Source of the DNA: Candidatus Fermentithermobacillaceae bacterium
GTDB taxonomy: Bacteria; Bacillota; Sulfobacillia; Fermentithermobacillales; DUSS01
Direction of reading: 5' to 3'
Length of the DNA: 64,000 nucleotides
Assembly (NCBI GenBank): GCA_020725645.1
Contig: DYEQ01000076.1
Span: forward strand, 7,206 to 71,205
The number at the start of each line of letters is the position of its first letter. Positions within the stretch are counted from its first letter, which is position 1. Positions 20,714 to 30,488 of the stretch are shown here, piece after piece. The notes beneath the pieces were generated by a model that saw only the letters and a list, made by a program, of their open reading frames with translations, did no database searches and had not been told where the DNA came from. A program made the translations under genes and the position numbers.

Positions 20714-21415
20714 TTATCCCGCGTCACCGGCCCGGTAGCGGGCCAAAGCTTCCCTGGCGGCGTTTTCCTCTGATTCTTTCTTAGAAGATCCCGCTGCCCG
20801 CGAGACTTCCTTGCCGTCGATGAACACAGCTGTGGTGAAGGTCGGCATATGATCCGGCCCTTCCATGTTGACAACCCTGTATTCCAGAGTAGCACCGGGT
20901 CTTTTTTGCACCAGCTCTTGCAAAGCTGTTTTGGGGTCTTGCAAAGTTTCTGGGAGCTCGCCGGTCAATACCGTCTTCTCCAGCAGTTCCCTCGCTCGAG
21001 ACCAGCCGTGCTGGAGGAAATACGCCCCTATTACAGCTTCGAATGCGCCCGCGAGATTTCTCGGTCTCTTCCTCCCTCCCGTCATTTCCTCCCCCCGGCC
21101 CAGGAGAAGAAGGTCCCCCAGGCCCGCCTGCAGAGCGATAGCTGCCAAATGTGGGCCTGAGACAAACCTCGCTCTCATTCGCGTAAGCTCGCCCTCGGGG
21201 GCCTCGGGGTGTTTCTTGAAGATATAAGAGGCAACGGCCAGCGATACTACCGCATCTCCTAAAAACTCCAGTCTTTCGTTGGACGGGACTTTCCCTTCAT
21301 GTTCGTTGGCGTAAGATACATGCGTCAGAGCTTCTGTCCTCAATTGATCGCTGAGGGACTCCAGGGCCTCCACCAGGAGACCTTTTGTTTCCGAGATCAG
21401 TTTGTCGCCCGTCAC
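20714..21415 (-). CDS. rnc: ribonuclease III
   Basis: 233-aa ORF with the RNase III signature ERLEFLGDAVVSLAVASYIF and a C-terminal dsRBD (GPDHMPTFTTAVFIDGKEVSRAAGSSKKESEENAAREAL). Confidence 0.9.
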   Translation of the reverse strand: MTGDKLISETKGLLVEALESLSDQLRTEALTHVSYANEHEGKVPSNERLEFLGDAVVSLAVASYIFKKHPEAPEGELTRMRARFVSGPHLAAIALQAGLGDLLLLGRGEEMTGGRKRPRNLAGAFEAVIGAYFLQHGWSRARELLEKTVLTGELPETLQDPKTALQELVQKRPGATLEYRVVNMEGPDHMPTFTTAVFIDGKEVSRAAGSSKKESEENAAREALARYRAGDAG

Positions 21416-21529
21416 CCACTTCGGCCTCCAAGCGTAAAGGAGTTCAGCACAGCTGCGTCCACCGGAACTCTACGGTTTTCGACAGGACATCGTCAAGTCA
21501 TGAGTGAAACTCTTTTACCCGCAGACCGG

Positions 21530-22201
21530 GTCTATTCTATCGGAAGGTGGATCTTTTTGGACGGCAGCGACCTGGAGTGTGCCAAACGAGGGGATGCAGA
21601 GGCGTTCGCCCGCCTTGTTCTTCCTCTTGAGCCCAAGATGTACCAGTTAGCCCTGGGCATAACCGGCAACCGTGAGGACGCGGAGGACGCCTGGCAGAAT
21701 ACTCTGGTCAAAGCGTGGCGCAGCCTGACGAAACTAGAGGAGCCTGGCGCGTTTGCAACGTGGCTAACCAGGATCGTCCTCAACGAGGCTAAGCGGGTCT
21801 GCCGAAGCCGGGAAAGGCAAAACCTGATATCGAAGTTACTCTCGCGGCAATTGAACACTCCAGACAGCTTTCCACCTGATTCGAGTGATATATTAGCATG
21901 CATCCAAAAGCTGAAACCCGAGCAGAAAGAGGTTATCCTGCTTCGGTACTGGCTCGATCTGCCTTTCGAGGATATAGCAGACATCACGGGGGTACCTCTT
22001 AATACAGCTAAAACGCGGCTGTACCGGGCACTCGAACAGCTAAGGAGGTTTTTGCAAGAACACCGTTATCCGGTTACGCAAAAAGAGCGCACAATTAAGG
22101 GTCAAACACCAGTTAATTCACCCACCCCGGTGACCCGCGTAGCGCGGGCTTCGACGCATAAGGAGGACGAAGGAGATGAACAGCTACAACTTCGGCCATA
22201 G
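21530..22201 (+). CDS. ECF-type RNA polymerase sigma-70 factor
   Basis: Region 2 (DAEAFARLVLPLEPKMYQLALGITGNREDAEDAWQNTLVKAWRSL...FATWLTRIVLNEAKRVCR) and region 4 (QKEVILLRYWLDLPFEDIADITGVPLNTAKTRLYRALEQLRRFL) are both present. The track start at 21299 would overlap rnc; Met 21530 (MSETLL) is the likelier start. Confidence 0.8.
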   Translation, partial: VYSIGRWIFLDGSDLECAKRGDAEAFARLVLPLEPKMYQLALGITGNREDAEDAWQNTLVKAWRSLTKLEEPGAFATWLTRIVLNEAKRVCRSRERQNLISKLLSRQLNTPDSFPPDSSDILACIQKLKPEQKEVILLRYWLDLPFEDIADITGVPLNTAKTRLYRALEQLRRFLQEHRYPVTQKERTIKGQTPVNSPTPVTRVARASTHKEDEGDEQLQLRP

Positions 22202-23726
22202 TGAACCCGACCTCGCCGTCGGCATCAAAAAAGCTCTTTCTGCATGGCTTTCAGAGGCAGCTCCTCGTCACGGAGTGATGAACTTCGTAAGGCGAAAGAG
22301 GTTTCGACGTAATAGCCCACTGAAAGTAATAAGGGAGGCAGCTTACCGCTCACCCTTCTTTACACCCGCAGCAGCTGTCATCGTTACCCTGGCCTTGTTC
22401 ATCTTCAGCCTCGTACAGATTCCCTTGGTGGCCCGGGCTTTTTCCTCGATCCCCGCCGTCGGTAAGGCATACCAGGACTTTCTCGAATGGGCCGGACTAG
22501 ATGTCGCCTACCAGGCCGGTCTTATAAACGAAATCCGGAAGACGATCACTCAGAGTGGTATCACCGTTGAAGTCATAGGGGCGATCTGCGACGGCACGCA
22601 AACGGTGGTTTATTACACGGTCGGTCCCTCTGACTCTTCCAGAGCTTCCTCGGTGGATGAGCAACTGGATGGTCTCATGTTGACCAGCAAACTCTACGGT
22701 GGTGGCTGGAAGGATGAAGGTACCGCATCCTATTCTTACCCCGTTGATGGAAGGTACTTTTGTGTGATACGCGAAAAACCCGTTTCGTGGATCGCCAGGC
22801 TTCTGGGCGCGGAGCTCACTCTCACGGTCCAAGCGGTAAAACCAACGGATGAGCTGCCGGGTCTTTATAGAGTAAGCCGAAACATTTCACCTGTCTACAC
22901 GTGGAAGGTCTCTTTTCCCGTACAAACCATTACCGGTAAGGCAGAAACCATCAAGATCGGCAAAACGATCACCAGCGGAAACGAGGAGTTCACCCTGATG
23001 GAGATCGTCTTCGCGCCTACGCAAACTATTTTGCGGTTTAAGGTAGAAGCGCTTTCCGAAGACATCTCCGCGCCCTTCCGGGACCCCGGGATCAACAGGT
23101 GGCCCCGGTTGGGCGATTGCTTTTCCCTGGTCACTTCCGACGGGAAGAGGATCCCCTACTACGGTAACAACCTTTGGAATGGGGGCGACAAACGAAAGTG
23201 CGAGGCGTACTTCTGGCCTACCACGAGACGGGACATATCGATCTTATTCAAAGATCTGCTCACGGAACCCAATCCGTTGCAGATGCCTCTCAGGGAGGGG
23301 GCAAGCGTTAAATGTACGGCGGGTGGCTTCATCGAAGTGACCGAGGTTGATACGCTTGAAACCATGACACGCGTAACTTTGAAATACACGGGAAATCTGA
23401 TGCTTCACGATGCAGACATACGACTTATGAAACTTGTCGATGACGAGGGGGCGGGGGAAGAGCGCATTTCCACAAGGTGTACCAGGCACCTCGACTCACG
23501 CAGCATACAGTACACATTCGTTCCCGGTTTTGACCCGAACGTATATGACATCTGGGTCTTCCCTTACTTCCTTGAGACAGAGGGCACCCCCGTGTTCGAA
23601 GTACGAGGCCCGAGTGCCTCCTACTCATATCGCCTCAGCACGAGACACGCGTTTTGCCCGCCGAAACCGAACGAGTTCTTCAGCGCCGCCCGCACCGGCG
23701 CCCTTCTTGCGCCATCAACCACGTAA
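22176..23726 (+). CDS. Putative anti-sigma factor or extracytoplasmic sensor: single-pass membrane protein with a large beta-rich ectodomain
   Basis: 516-aa ORF that overlaps the ECF sigma stop by 26 nt. It has one TM helix (AAAVIVTLALFIFSLVQIPLV) about 70 residues from the N-terminus and a long extracytoplasmic region. The C-terminal ~35 codons overlap fabF convergently. Confidence 0.4.
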   Translation: MNSYNFGHSEPDLAVGIKKALSAWLSEAAPRHGVMNFVRRKRFRRNSPLKVIREAAYRSPFFTPAAAVIVTLALFIFSLVQIPLVARAFSSIPAVGKAYQDFLEWAGLDVAYQAGLINEIRKTITQSGITVEVIGAICDGTQTVVYYTVGPSDSSRASSVDEQLDGLMLTSKLYGGGWKDEGTASYSYPVDGRYFCVIREKPVSWIARLLGAELTLTVQAVKPTDELPGLYRVSRNISPVYTWKVSFPVQTITGKAETIKIGKTITSGNEEFTLMEIVFAPTQTILRFKVEALSEDISAPFRDPGINRWPRLGDCFSLVTSDGKRIPYYGNNLWNGGDKRKCEAYFWPTTRRDISILFKDLLTEPNPLQMPLREGASVKCTAGGFIEVTEVDTLETMTRVTLKYTGNLMLHDADIRLMKLVDDEGAGEERISTRCTRHLDSRSIQYTFVPGFDPNVYDIWVFPYFLETEGTPVFEVRGPSASYSYRLSTRHAFCPPKPNEFFSAARTGALLAPSTT

Positions 23727-24907
23727 TCCAGATCGCATTCGGGATCGGGCTCTTCGTAGTTTATCGTCGGCGGGATCACACCTTCATAAACCGCCATGAT
23801 CGTCGCGATCGTCTCGACCGCCCCTGCCGCCCCCAGAAGGTGTCCGATCATAGATTTAGTAGATGAGACCGGAATGTGATAGGCCCTCTCGCCGAACACC
23901 TTCTTAACGGACTGGGTCTCGTTGACGTCGTTGGCGGGTGTGCTCGTCCCGTGGGCGTTGATGTAATCGATATCACCGGGTACAAGCCCAGCATCGCGGA
24001 TGGCCGCCGACATAGCTCGCGCCGCGCCCTCGCCGTTGGGAGACGGCGCCGTGATATGATAGGCGTCAGCAGACATTCCATATCCTGATACCAGCGCGTA
24101 AATCCTAGCCCCTCGCGACACGGCATGGTCCAGAGACTCAAGTACCAGCGCGCCTGCACCCTCCCCCATCACGAACCCGTCGCGACGCTTATCGAAAGGC
24201 ATCGAAGCTTTCTCCTCGAGGTCGTTTTGGACGCTCATCGCCTTCATCGAGCAAAATCCGGCAAACGCCAGGGGAACGAGGGGTGCTTCCGTTCCTCCTG
24301 CAACCATCACATCGGCGTCTCCCCTGCGGATGATCTCGAAAGCGTCACCGATGGCGTTGGCCCCCGAGGCGCATGCGGTGACCACCGTATCTATGGGTCC
24401 TCTCAGCCCCAGGTCTATGGCCACCTGGCCCGAGGCCATGTTGGCGATCATCATCGGGATGAAAAAAGGAGATACTCGGTCCGGCCCTTTTTGCCGGAAT
24501 ACCTCTTCCTGTTCCACGAGAGTCGTGATGCCACCGATACCAGTGCCGAAGATGACCCCGGACCTGTCGGGGTCGAATTTGCCGGAAATGCCGGCATCTT
24601 CCATCGCCATCCGGGAGGCAACGACCGCGAACTGGACGAACCTGTCCATCTTCCTGGCTTCGCGTCTATCGAGGTACTGGTTGGGATCGAAATCCACTTC
24701 GCCAGCTATTTGGGTGGGAAAAGGGGAGGGATCAAACCTGGTTACGCGTCTGATGCCACTCTTACCTTCTTTCAGAGCTTTCCAAAACTCTCCGGTGCCG
24801 GTTCCTATCGGGCTGATAACTCCGATTCCCGTGATCGCAACGGGGCGGTTCCTTCCGGTCCGTTGAGTAGCCCGAACCACATCTTCCACTAGAAGGGTAT
24901 CCTCCAT
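23621..24907 (-). CDS. fabF: 3-oxoacyl-ACP synthase II (KAS II)
   Basis: 428-aa ORF with the active-site Cys motif (VVTACASGANAIGDA), His motifs (YINAHGTSTPANDVNE; KSMIGHLLGAAGA) and the C-terminal NSFGFGGQNACLVL block. Confidence 0.95.
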   Translation of the reverse strand: MEDTLLVEDVVRATQRTGRNRPVAITGIGVISPIGTGTGEFWKALKEGKSGIRRVTRFDPSPFPTQIAGEVDFDPNQYLDRREARKMDRFVQFAVVASRMAMEDAGISGKFDPDRSGVIFGTGIGGITTLVEQEEVFRQKGPDRVSPFFIPMMIANMASGQVAIDLGLRGPIDTVVTACASGANAIGDAFEIIRRGDADVMVAGGTEAPLVPLAFAGFCSMKAMSVQNDLEEKASMPFDKRRDGFVMGEGAGALVLESLDHAVSRGARIYALVSGYGMSADAYHITAPSPNGEGAARAMSAAIRDAGLVPGDIDYINAHGTSTPANDVNETQSVKKVFGERAYHIPVSSTKSMIGHLLGAAGAVETIATIMAVYEGVIPPTINYEEPDPECDLDYVVDGARRAPVRAALKNSFGFGGQNACLVLRRYE

Positions 24908-25132
24908 TGGAGTTTCTCTTCCCCCTGTCTTCTTCTCCTACATGCTAGGGAATGCTCGAAGGCACAGACGGGTAGCGGGGGCGCGCCACCTTCCGGCGCC
25001 CTATGAGGTGCCTTAAGACTCGAGCAATCCTCCGCAACCCGGCCACATTTCGACCGGTAGGACGAGATGTGTCTCCCGCGTCCCGGGGGTCCCGGACGCG
25101 CGTCCCTTCCGGGACGCGGGGATGGTGCAAGT

Positions 25133-25384
25133 TTACCCGTTGTCTTTGGAGTGCCGCTTGATGTATTCGACGGCATCCCTCACGGTGGAGAGGTTTTCCG
25201 CATCCTCGTCAGGGATGCTCAAGTTGAATTCCCCTTCCATCGCCATTATGAGGTCCACTATCTCAAGGGAGTCCGCCCCCAGATCGTCGATGAAGGATGC
25301 ATCCATGGTGACTGAGGATTCGTCCACGCCGAGTTGCTCGACGATGATCTTCTTGATCCTCTCGAAGACCTCATCTGCTGACAC
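25133..25384 (-). CDS. acpP: acyl carrier protein
   Basis: 83-aa ORF with the phosphopantetheine attachment motif [17 protein letters not shown]. Confidence 0.9.
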   Translation of the reverse strand: MSADEVFERIKKIIVEQLGVDESSVTMDASFIDDLGADSLEIVDLIMAMEGEFNLSIPDEDAENLSTVRDAVEYIKRHSKDNG

Positions 25385-25416
25385 CCGCGTTCACCTCCTT
25401 TTCGTCACAGCATGAT

Positions 25417-26172
25417 CTATGAAACCCATCCCATAGACATGCCTCCGTCTACCACGAGGACCTGCCCGGTTATGTACGCTGCTCCTGGTGAAACCAGAAA
25501 GCTTACTACCCCGGCCACATCTTCGGGTGTACCTGCGCGCCCGAGAGGAATCATGCTCTCCATCTTTTCCTTGACGGTTTGGGGCAACCCCTTGGTCATC
25601 TCGGTATCTATGTACCCGGGCGCTACGGCATTGGCGGTTATACCATACCGGGCGAGCTCTTTGGCAATTGCTTTCGTGAACCCTACGATTCCCGCCTTAG
25701 AGGCACAGTAATTAGCCTGACCGATGTTGCCCGTGAGTGCCACAACCGATGATATGCTCACAATCCGGCCTGACCGCTGTCTCATCATTTGGCGGGCGGC
25801 TGCTCTGGTGACGTTGTACACCCCCTTAAGGTTGACGGATATGACCTTATCCCAGTCCTCTTCGGACATCCTGGCAAACAGAGCATCCCGCGTCACGCCG
25901 GCATTACAGACCAGGGCATCCAGGCGCCCGAACCTGGCTATGACCTCCCCCACCATTTTCTCAGACTCCTGGAAATCGGCGACGTTCGCTTTGACGAGGA
26001 ACGCCTCACCGCCCGATGCCAGTATCTTCTCCTCGGTTTCCCGAGCTCCTCTTTCGTCGGAGGAGTAATTCACCGCCACTTTAAATCCATCTTGGGCGAG
26101 TTTCAGCGCCACGGCGCGGCCGATTCCCCGGGACGCTCCTGTTACCAGAGCAGATGAAATCACGCCAATCAT
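25417..26172 (-). CDS. fabG: 3-oxoacyl-ACP reductase
   Basis: An SDR with the N-terminus ALVTGASRGIGRAVAL, the NAG motif (LVCNAGVTRD) and the catalytic block SISSVVALTGNIGQANYCASKAG. Confidence 0.9.
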   Translation of the reverse strand: MIGVISSALVTGASRGIGRAVALKLAQDGFKVAVNYSSDERGARETEEKILASGGEAFLVKANVADFQESEKMVGEVIARFGRLDALVCNAGVTRDALFARMSEEDWDKVISVNLKGVYNVTRAAARQMMRQRSGRIVSISSVVALTGNIGQANYCASKAGIVGFTKAIAKELARYGITANAVAPGYIDTEMTKGLPQTVKEKMESMIPLGRAGTPEDVAGVVSFLVSPGAAYITGQVLVVDGGMSMGWVS

Positions 26173-27122
26173 CTTAGCAAAGCCTCCTTGTGGAAATCAA
26201 GGACGGCCCCGAGCTCCGCCTGCGAGATGAAGTTCGCTGCCATTGCGTTGGGGTTTATTTTCCTCACGAACCCCGTCAACGATTTGCCGGGTCCCACCTC
26301 GAGAAAGGCAACGGCGCCATCCCTCCTCATCGCCTCCACGGAGGTTTGCCACAAGACCGGCGAGGCTACCTGCTTGACGAGATTCTCTATGATTTCACGG
26401 GGGGTCATTTCCGTTTCTCCGGTTACGTTGGAGTACACGGGGATGGACGGCGCCCGGACGGTAACACGTTCCAGTTCTCTCCTGAGCTTCTCCTCGGCGG
26501 GAGCTATCAGGGGCGAATGAAACGGAGCGCTCACATCCAGGGGGATGGCCTTTCCCCCCTTGGACCGGGCCAGTCTCGAAACCTCGGCGACCGCAGCTGC
26601 CTCACCGGAAACCACTATCTGACCGGGGCAATTGTAGTTGGCGGGCTGAACCACTCCCACGGAGCGGGCTTCGAAGCACATCGCCTCAATCTCGGCGGCG
26701 GAGAGCCCCAAGATAGCTGCCATCCCTCCTCGCCCAGGAGGACAAGCTTCCTGCATAAACCGGCCGCGTTTTCTCGTGAGGACAACGGCGTCCCTCAAGG
26801 AGAGACTTCCGGCGATGACCAGCGCAGTGTACTCGCCCAAACTTAAACCCGCTACCATGTCCGGCTTAAGCCCCTTGGACTCGAGGACCCTAGCTGCGGC
26901 GACGCTCGCCGTCAGTATGGCGGGCTGGGCGTTGACTGTCAGGGTGAGCTCCTCCCTGGGTCCTTCAAAACAAAGCTTTGAAAGGGATTCTCCCAGAGCG
27001 TCATCGGCCTCTTCGAAGGTGCGCCTCGCTTCCTCGAACTCGTCGTAAAGCTCCCGGCACATCCCCGGGAATTGCGCTCCTTGCCCCGGAAAAACCCAAG
27101 CTATCTTCCCCATCGCAGTCAC
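26169..27122 (-). CDS. fabD: malonyl-CoA:ACP transacylase
   Basis: The N-terminus IAWVFPGQGAQFPGM and the active-site block GLSLGEYTALVIAGS are present. Confidence 0.9.
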   Translation of the reverse strand: MTAMGKIAWVFPGQGAQFPGMCRELYDEFEEARRTFEEADDALGESLSKLCFEGPREELTLTVNAQPAILTASVAAARVLESKGLKPDMVAGLSLGEYTALVIAGSLSLRDAVVLTRKRGRFMQEACPPGRGGMAAILGLSAAEIEAMCFEARSVGVVQPANYNCPGQIVVSGEAAAVAEVSRLARSKGGKAIPLDVSAPFHSPLIAPAEEKLRRELERVTVRAPSIPVYSNVTGETEMTPREIIENLVKQVASPVLWQTSVEAMRRDGAVAFLEVGPGKSLTGFVRKINPNAMAANFISQAELGAVLDFHKEALLR

Positions 27123-27367
27123 CTTCTTGCTTTGCCCGGGATGTCATGCCCGAAGCCTATTGAGAAGCATTACGGCACGGGCACGGTGATACCGGTATTA
27201 CAGAACCCGCACTACAGCACCGCGAGACGGTACCGGCAATGCGCTACCCCGTATTACGGCACCCGTATTATGCCGCCGGCACGACGGGACCCACATCGCA
27301 GCCCCGCACGACGGGAATTGAGTCAATACGGCCGAGGCATCGTGCAACCGGCACTACGCCACCCACA

Positions 27368-28228
27368 TTACGGCACGGGGATCGCGATCACGGCGAGCGT
27401 ACCGGGTCCCGTATGAGTGCCGATTATCGATCCGATCTCGGTTTCTTCGTAACGAGCTACATCGTACTTGGGAACGACCATGTCCTTCAGAGCTTTCGCG
27501 CTGTCCGGTGCGTCGGCATGGCACACTCCCAAAAGCACGCGGCTTCCAAATGCAACCCGTTCACCGAGGAGCTCAACCATTCTGGGTATCACCTTCGAGC
27601 TGCCGCGCACCCGTTCCACGGCGGAAACGTACCCTTCCTTGTCCAACGTGAGGATGGGCTTCATGTTCAAAAGGGACCCCACGAAGTGCTGCGCCCGGCC
27701 TATGCGACCGTTTTTAAGAAGGTAATCGAGGGTGTCCACAGAGAAAATGGTCCCATGAGTCGACGCCATCTTCAAGGCAGCATCCCTCACTTGCTCGAAG
27801 GAAGCGCCTTTTTCGGCCATATCCTGGGCCTCGAGGGCTATCAACCCGTGGCCTATCGAAGCAGCTTTGGAATCTACCACCGCAATCTGGCGACCCTCCA
27901 GAGCTTGGGCTGCGATGGTCGCAGCTTGATAGGTGCCGCTCAAAGCTGAAGAAAGCAGGATGGCCACCACCGGCGAACCGTCGGCTGTAAACTCCTCGAA
28001 TACCTTTTGAAAATCTCCGGGAGACGGCTGCGATGTACGCGGGTGGTATTGGGAGGTACGCAGTTTATCGTAAAAAGCCCTGCCTCTCATCTCGTAACCG
28101 TCTTTGTAAGACTCGGGTCCGAAGTGGACCGTGAGGGGAACCACTCCTATCCCCTTTTCCTCCAGGATCTTTGGATCGATGTCACAGGCACTGTCCGTAA
28201 CGATCCTCACCCGTGGCATTTCCCACAC
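27368..28228 (-). CDS. DegV-family fatty-acid-binding protein (FakB-like), embedded in the fab operon
   Basis: 286-aa ORF with a DegV N-terminus (VRIVTDSACDIDPKILEEKGIGVVPLTVHF) and a conserved C-terminal region (GSIIGTHTGPGTLAVI). Confidence 0.8.
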   Translation of the reverse strand: MWEMPRVRIVTDSACDIDPKILEEKGIGVVPLTVHFGPESYKDGYEMRGRAFYDKLRTSQYHPRTSQPSPGDFQKVFEEFTADGSPVVAILLSSALSGTYQAATIAAQALEGRQIAVVDSKAASIGHGLIALEAQDMAEKGASFEQVRDAALKMASTHGTIFSVDTLDYLLKNGRIGRAQHFVGSLLNMKPILTLDKEGYVSAVERVRGSSKVIPRMVELLGERVAFGSRVLLGVCHADAPDSAKALKDMVVPKYDVARYEETEIGSIIGTHTGPGTLAVIAIPVP

Positions 28229-28381
28229 CTCCGTTATGTTGGGTTTAGATTTTGTGGATTCCAGGCAACCGGTGATTTCAGACGACTGCTGGTTTCATAT
28301 GACCGCAGGAGTCATCCCAGTCGTTCTTTCTCACAAGCTCAATTCCCTCGCGGCACTCCAAGGATGGTCGGCCTCGAGGTC

Positions 28382-29380
28382 TCACCACGATATCGCGATA
28401 GAGCCCCAGCTAAGGCCTGCGCCGAACGCCACCAGTACCACGAAATCCCCTCTATTGACGCGACCATCCTTTACCGCCTCCCAAAGGGCGATCGGCACCG
28501 AAGCTGACGAAGTGTTCCCGTACCTGTCGATGTTCACCACCACTTTATCCCGGGGTATTCCCAGGTACTGGCAGGCAGAGTCGATTATCCTGAGATTGGC
28601 TTGGTGCGGAATCAGGAGATCTACATCCTGCGGAGTTTTTCCGCATTGGTTGAGAACGGCCTGAACGGCGGAGTTCATGGTTTTGACGGCGAACTTGAAC
28701 ACAGCTTTACCGTCCATATGTACGTAGTGCAATCCCGCATCCACCGTCTCGTGACTGGCCGGCAGCCGTGACCCGCCGGCTGGAAGTCGCAGCAGGTCCG
28801 CAGCAGACCCATCCGCCCCGAGGTGGGCTCCGATGATGCCTCGCCCATCTTCGACCGGACCGAGCAGAGCTGCGCCTGCGCCGTCCCCGAACAGGACGCA
28901 GGTATTCCGGTCCTTCCAGTTGGTTATTCTCGACAGAGTCTCCGCCCCCACCACCAGCACGTTATCGTACAAACCCGTCTTGACGAATTGCGATCCAACG
29001 GCGAGGGCGTACACAAACCCGGTGCACCCCACTTCCATGTCGAAACATGCCGCCCTGGCTGCCCCTATCTTGGCCTGAACCAGGCAAGCGGTAGCGGGGA
29101 ACAGCATGTCGGGACTGGCGGATGCGACGATCACCAGATCTACGTCTTCAGGCGCTACGCCCGCATCTTCGAGAGCCATCGAAGATGCTTCAGCAGCCAG
29201 GTCGGATGTGGCCATTTCCGGCGTAACCAGCCTTCTTTCCTTGATCCCGGTCCTCTCTACTATCCATTCATCCGAAGTCTCGACCATCTTTTCGAGGTCA
29301 TAGTTGGTCAGCCGGACCGGTGGGATCGATACGCCGAGACCCTTGATGCCGCATCCTCTCACACCGTCCACACCTCTCAT
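28382..29380 (-). CDS. fabH: 3-oxoacyl-ACP synthase III (KAS III)
   Basis: FabH blocks are present: LTNYDLEKMVETSDEWIVERTGIKERR, the Cys motif DMEVGCTGFVYAL, the His motif LIPHQANLRII and the C-terminal GAGLSWGS. The start is probably Met 29380 or GTG 29362; the track ORF extends to 29470. Confidence 0.9.
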   Translation of the reverse strand: MRGVDGVRGCGIKGLGVSIPPVRLTNYDLEKMVETSDEWIVERTGIKERRLVTPEMATSDLAAEASSMALEDAGVAPEDVDLVIVASASPDMLFPATACLVQAKIGAARAACFDMEVGCTGFVYALAVGSQFVKTGLYDNVLVVGAETLSRITNWKDRNTCVLFGDGAGAALLGPVEDGRGIIGAHLGADGSAADLLRLPAGGSRLPASHETVDAGLHYVHMDGKAVFKFAVKTMNSAVQAVLNQCGKTPQDVDLLIPHQANLRIIDSACQYLGIPRDKVVVNIDRYGNTSSASVPIALWEAVKDGRVNRGDFVVLVAFGAGLSWGSIAISW

Positions 29381-29417
29381 CCGTCCTCCTGCCTCTCCCG
29401 CAACATAACTCCCGGAC

Positions 29418-30488
29418 TCATGAGACACCTGCCCCGGCCTGTAAAGTCCGGCTGATCTTTCCCGTAACATCCTGCTCGACGCACCTGAGAGCTGCGCGAA
29501 TGCCGTTGGCTATCGCTCTGCCCCCGGACGAGCCATGGCATTTGATCACAGTGCCTCTCAAGCCGAGGAGGGGCGCGCCTCCGTACTCGGTATAGTCGAG
29601 AATCTTCTTGACCCTGGAAAACGCAGGTTTCAGTAGAAGAGCTCCTAGTTTAGACTTGAAATCCCGGGTCACCTCCCGCTTTATCGCCTGGAGCTGGAAG
29701 AAGGCGGTACCCTCGCAGGTCTTCAGGAACACGTTGCCGGTGAACCCGTCACACACCACCACGCCGCCGTCCAATGTAAAGACGTCCCTGGCCTCGATAT
29801 TCCCCCGGAATTCGACGGGGGCGTGTGATAGGAGTTCAAAAGCCTTTCTGTAGAGAAGATTCCCTTTCTCCTGCTCCGCTCCTACGTTGAGAAGAACTAC
29901 GCCCGGGCTCGACCAGCCCAAAACCGCGCTGGCGTACGTTTGACCCATTACCGCAAACTCCACTATGTTCTCGGCCCTGCAGTCGACCGAGGCCCCGAGG
30001 TCGATGAAGAACACCCCGCGGCCGGTCGATGACGGAAGGACGGTACCCAACCCCGGCTTTTCAACCCTTTCCGCCCTACCTAAGAGCAGGACTCCGCCGG
30101 CCACCAGCGCGCCGGTGGAACCGGCCGAGACGAACGCATGAGCTCTGCCTTCCTTGACGGCCATGAGTCCCAAAACGACGCTGGAGTCGGGTTTTCCCCG
30201 AATCGCCCTTACGGGGGGATCGGAAGGAGAGATCACCGACCTCGAGACGATGAAATCCGTGTTCTCCAGGACTAATCCGGGGATTTTCGCCGCCCTCGCC
30301 TTGAGGCGTTCTATGGAGACTTCGTCCCCCACTGGGACGACCTTAATCCCTTTAGCGAGGGCCTCCAGACACCCTTCCAGCGCAGCTTCGGGCTCATCCC
30401 CGCCCATGAGGTCAAGGGCAATCCGGAAATCTGAGGGGGCAGGATCGCTCCGGCCTACGACGTCAGTTCTCTGGCTTTCCTCAGGCAT
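29418..30488 (-). CDS. plsX: phosphate acyltransferase PlsX
   Basis: The start ATG is at 30488, with RBS GGGAGGGTGA. The N-terminus reads MPEESQRTDVVGRSDPAPSDFRIALDLMGGDEPEAA. The track ORF begins further upstream in sequence without homology. Confidence 0.9.
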   Translation of the reverse strand: MPEESQRTDVVGRSDPAPSDFRIALDLMGGDEPEAALEGCLEALAKGIKVVPVGDEVSIERLKARAAKIPGLVLENTDFIVSRSVISPSDPPVRAIRGKPDSSVVLGLMAVKEGRAHAFVSAGSTGALVAGGVLLLGRAERVEKPGLGTVLPSSTGRGVFFIDLGASVDCRAENIVEFAVMGQTYASAVLGWSSPGVVLLNVGAEQEKGNLLYRKAFELLSHAPVEFRGNIEARDVFTLDGGVVVCDGFTGNVFLKTCEGTAFFQLQAIKREVTRDFKSKLGALLLKPAFSRVKKILDYTEYGGAPLLGLRGTVIKCHGSSGGRAIANGIRAALRCVEQDVTGKISRTLQAGAGVS

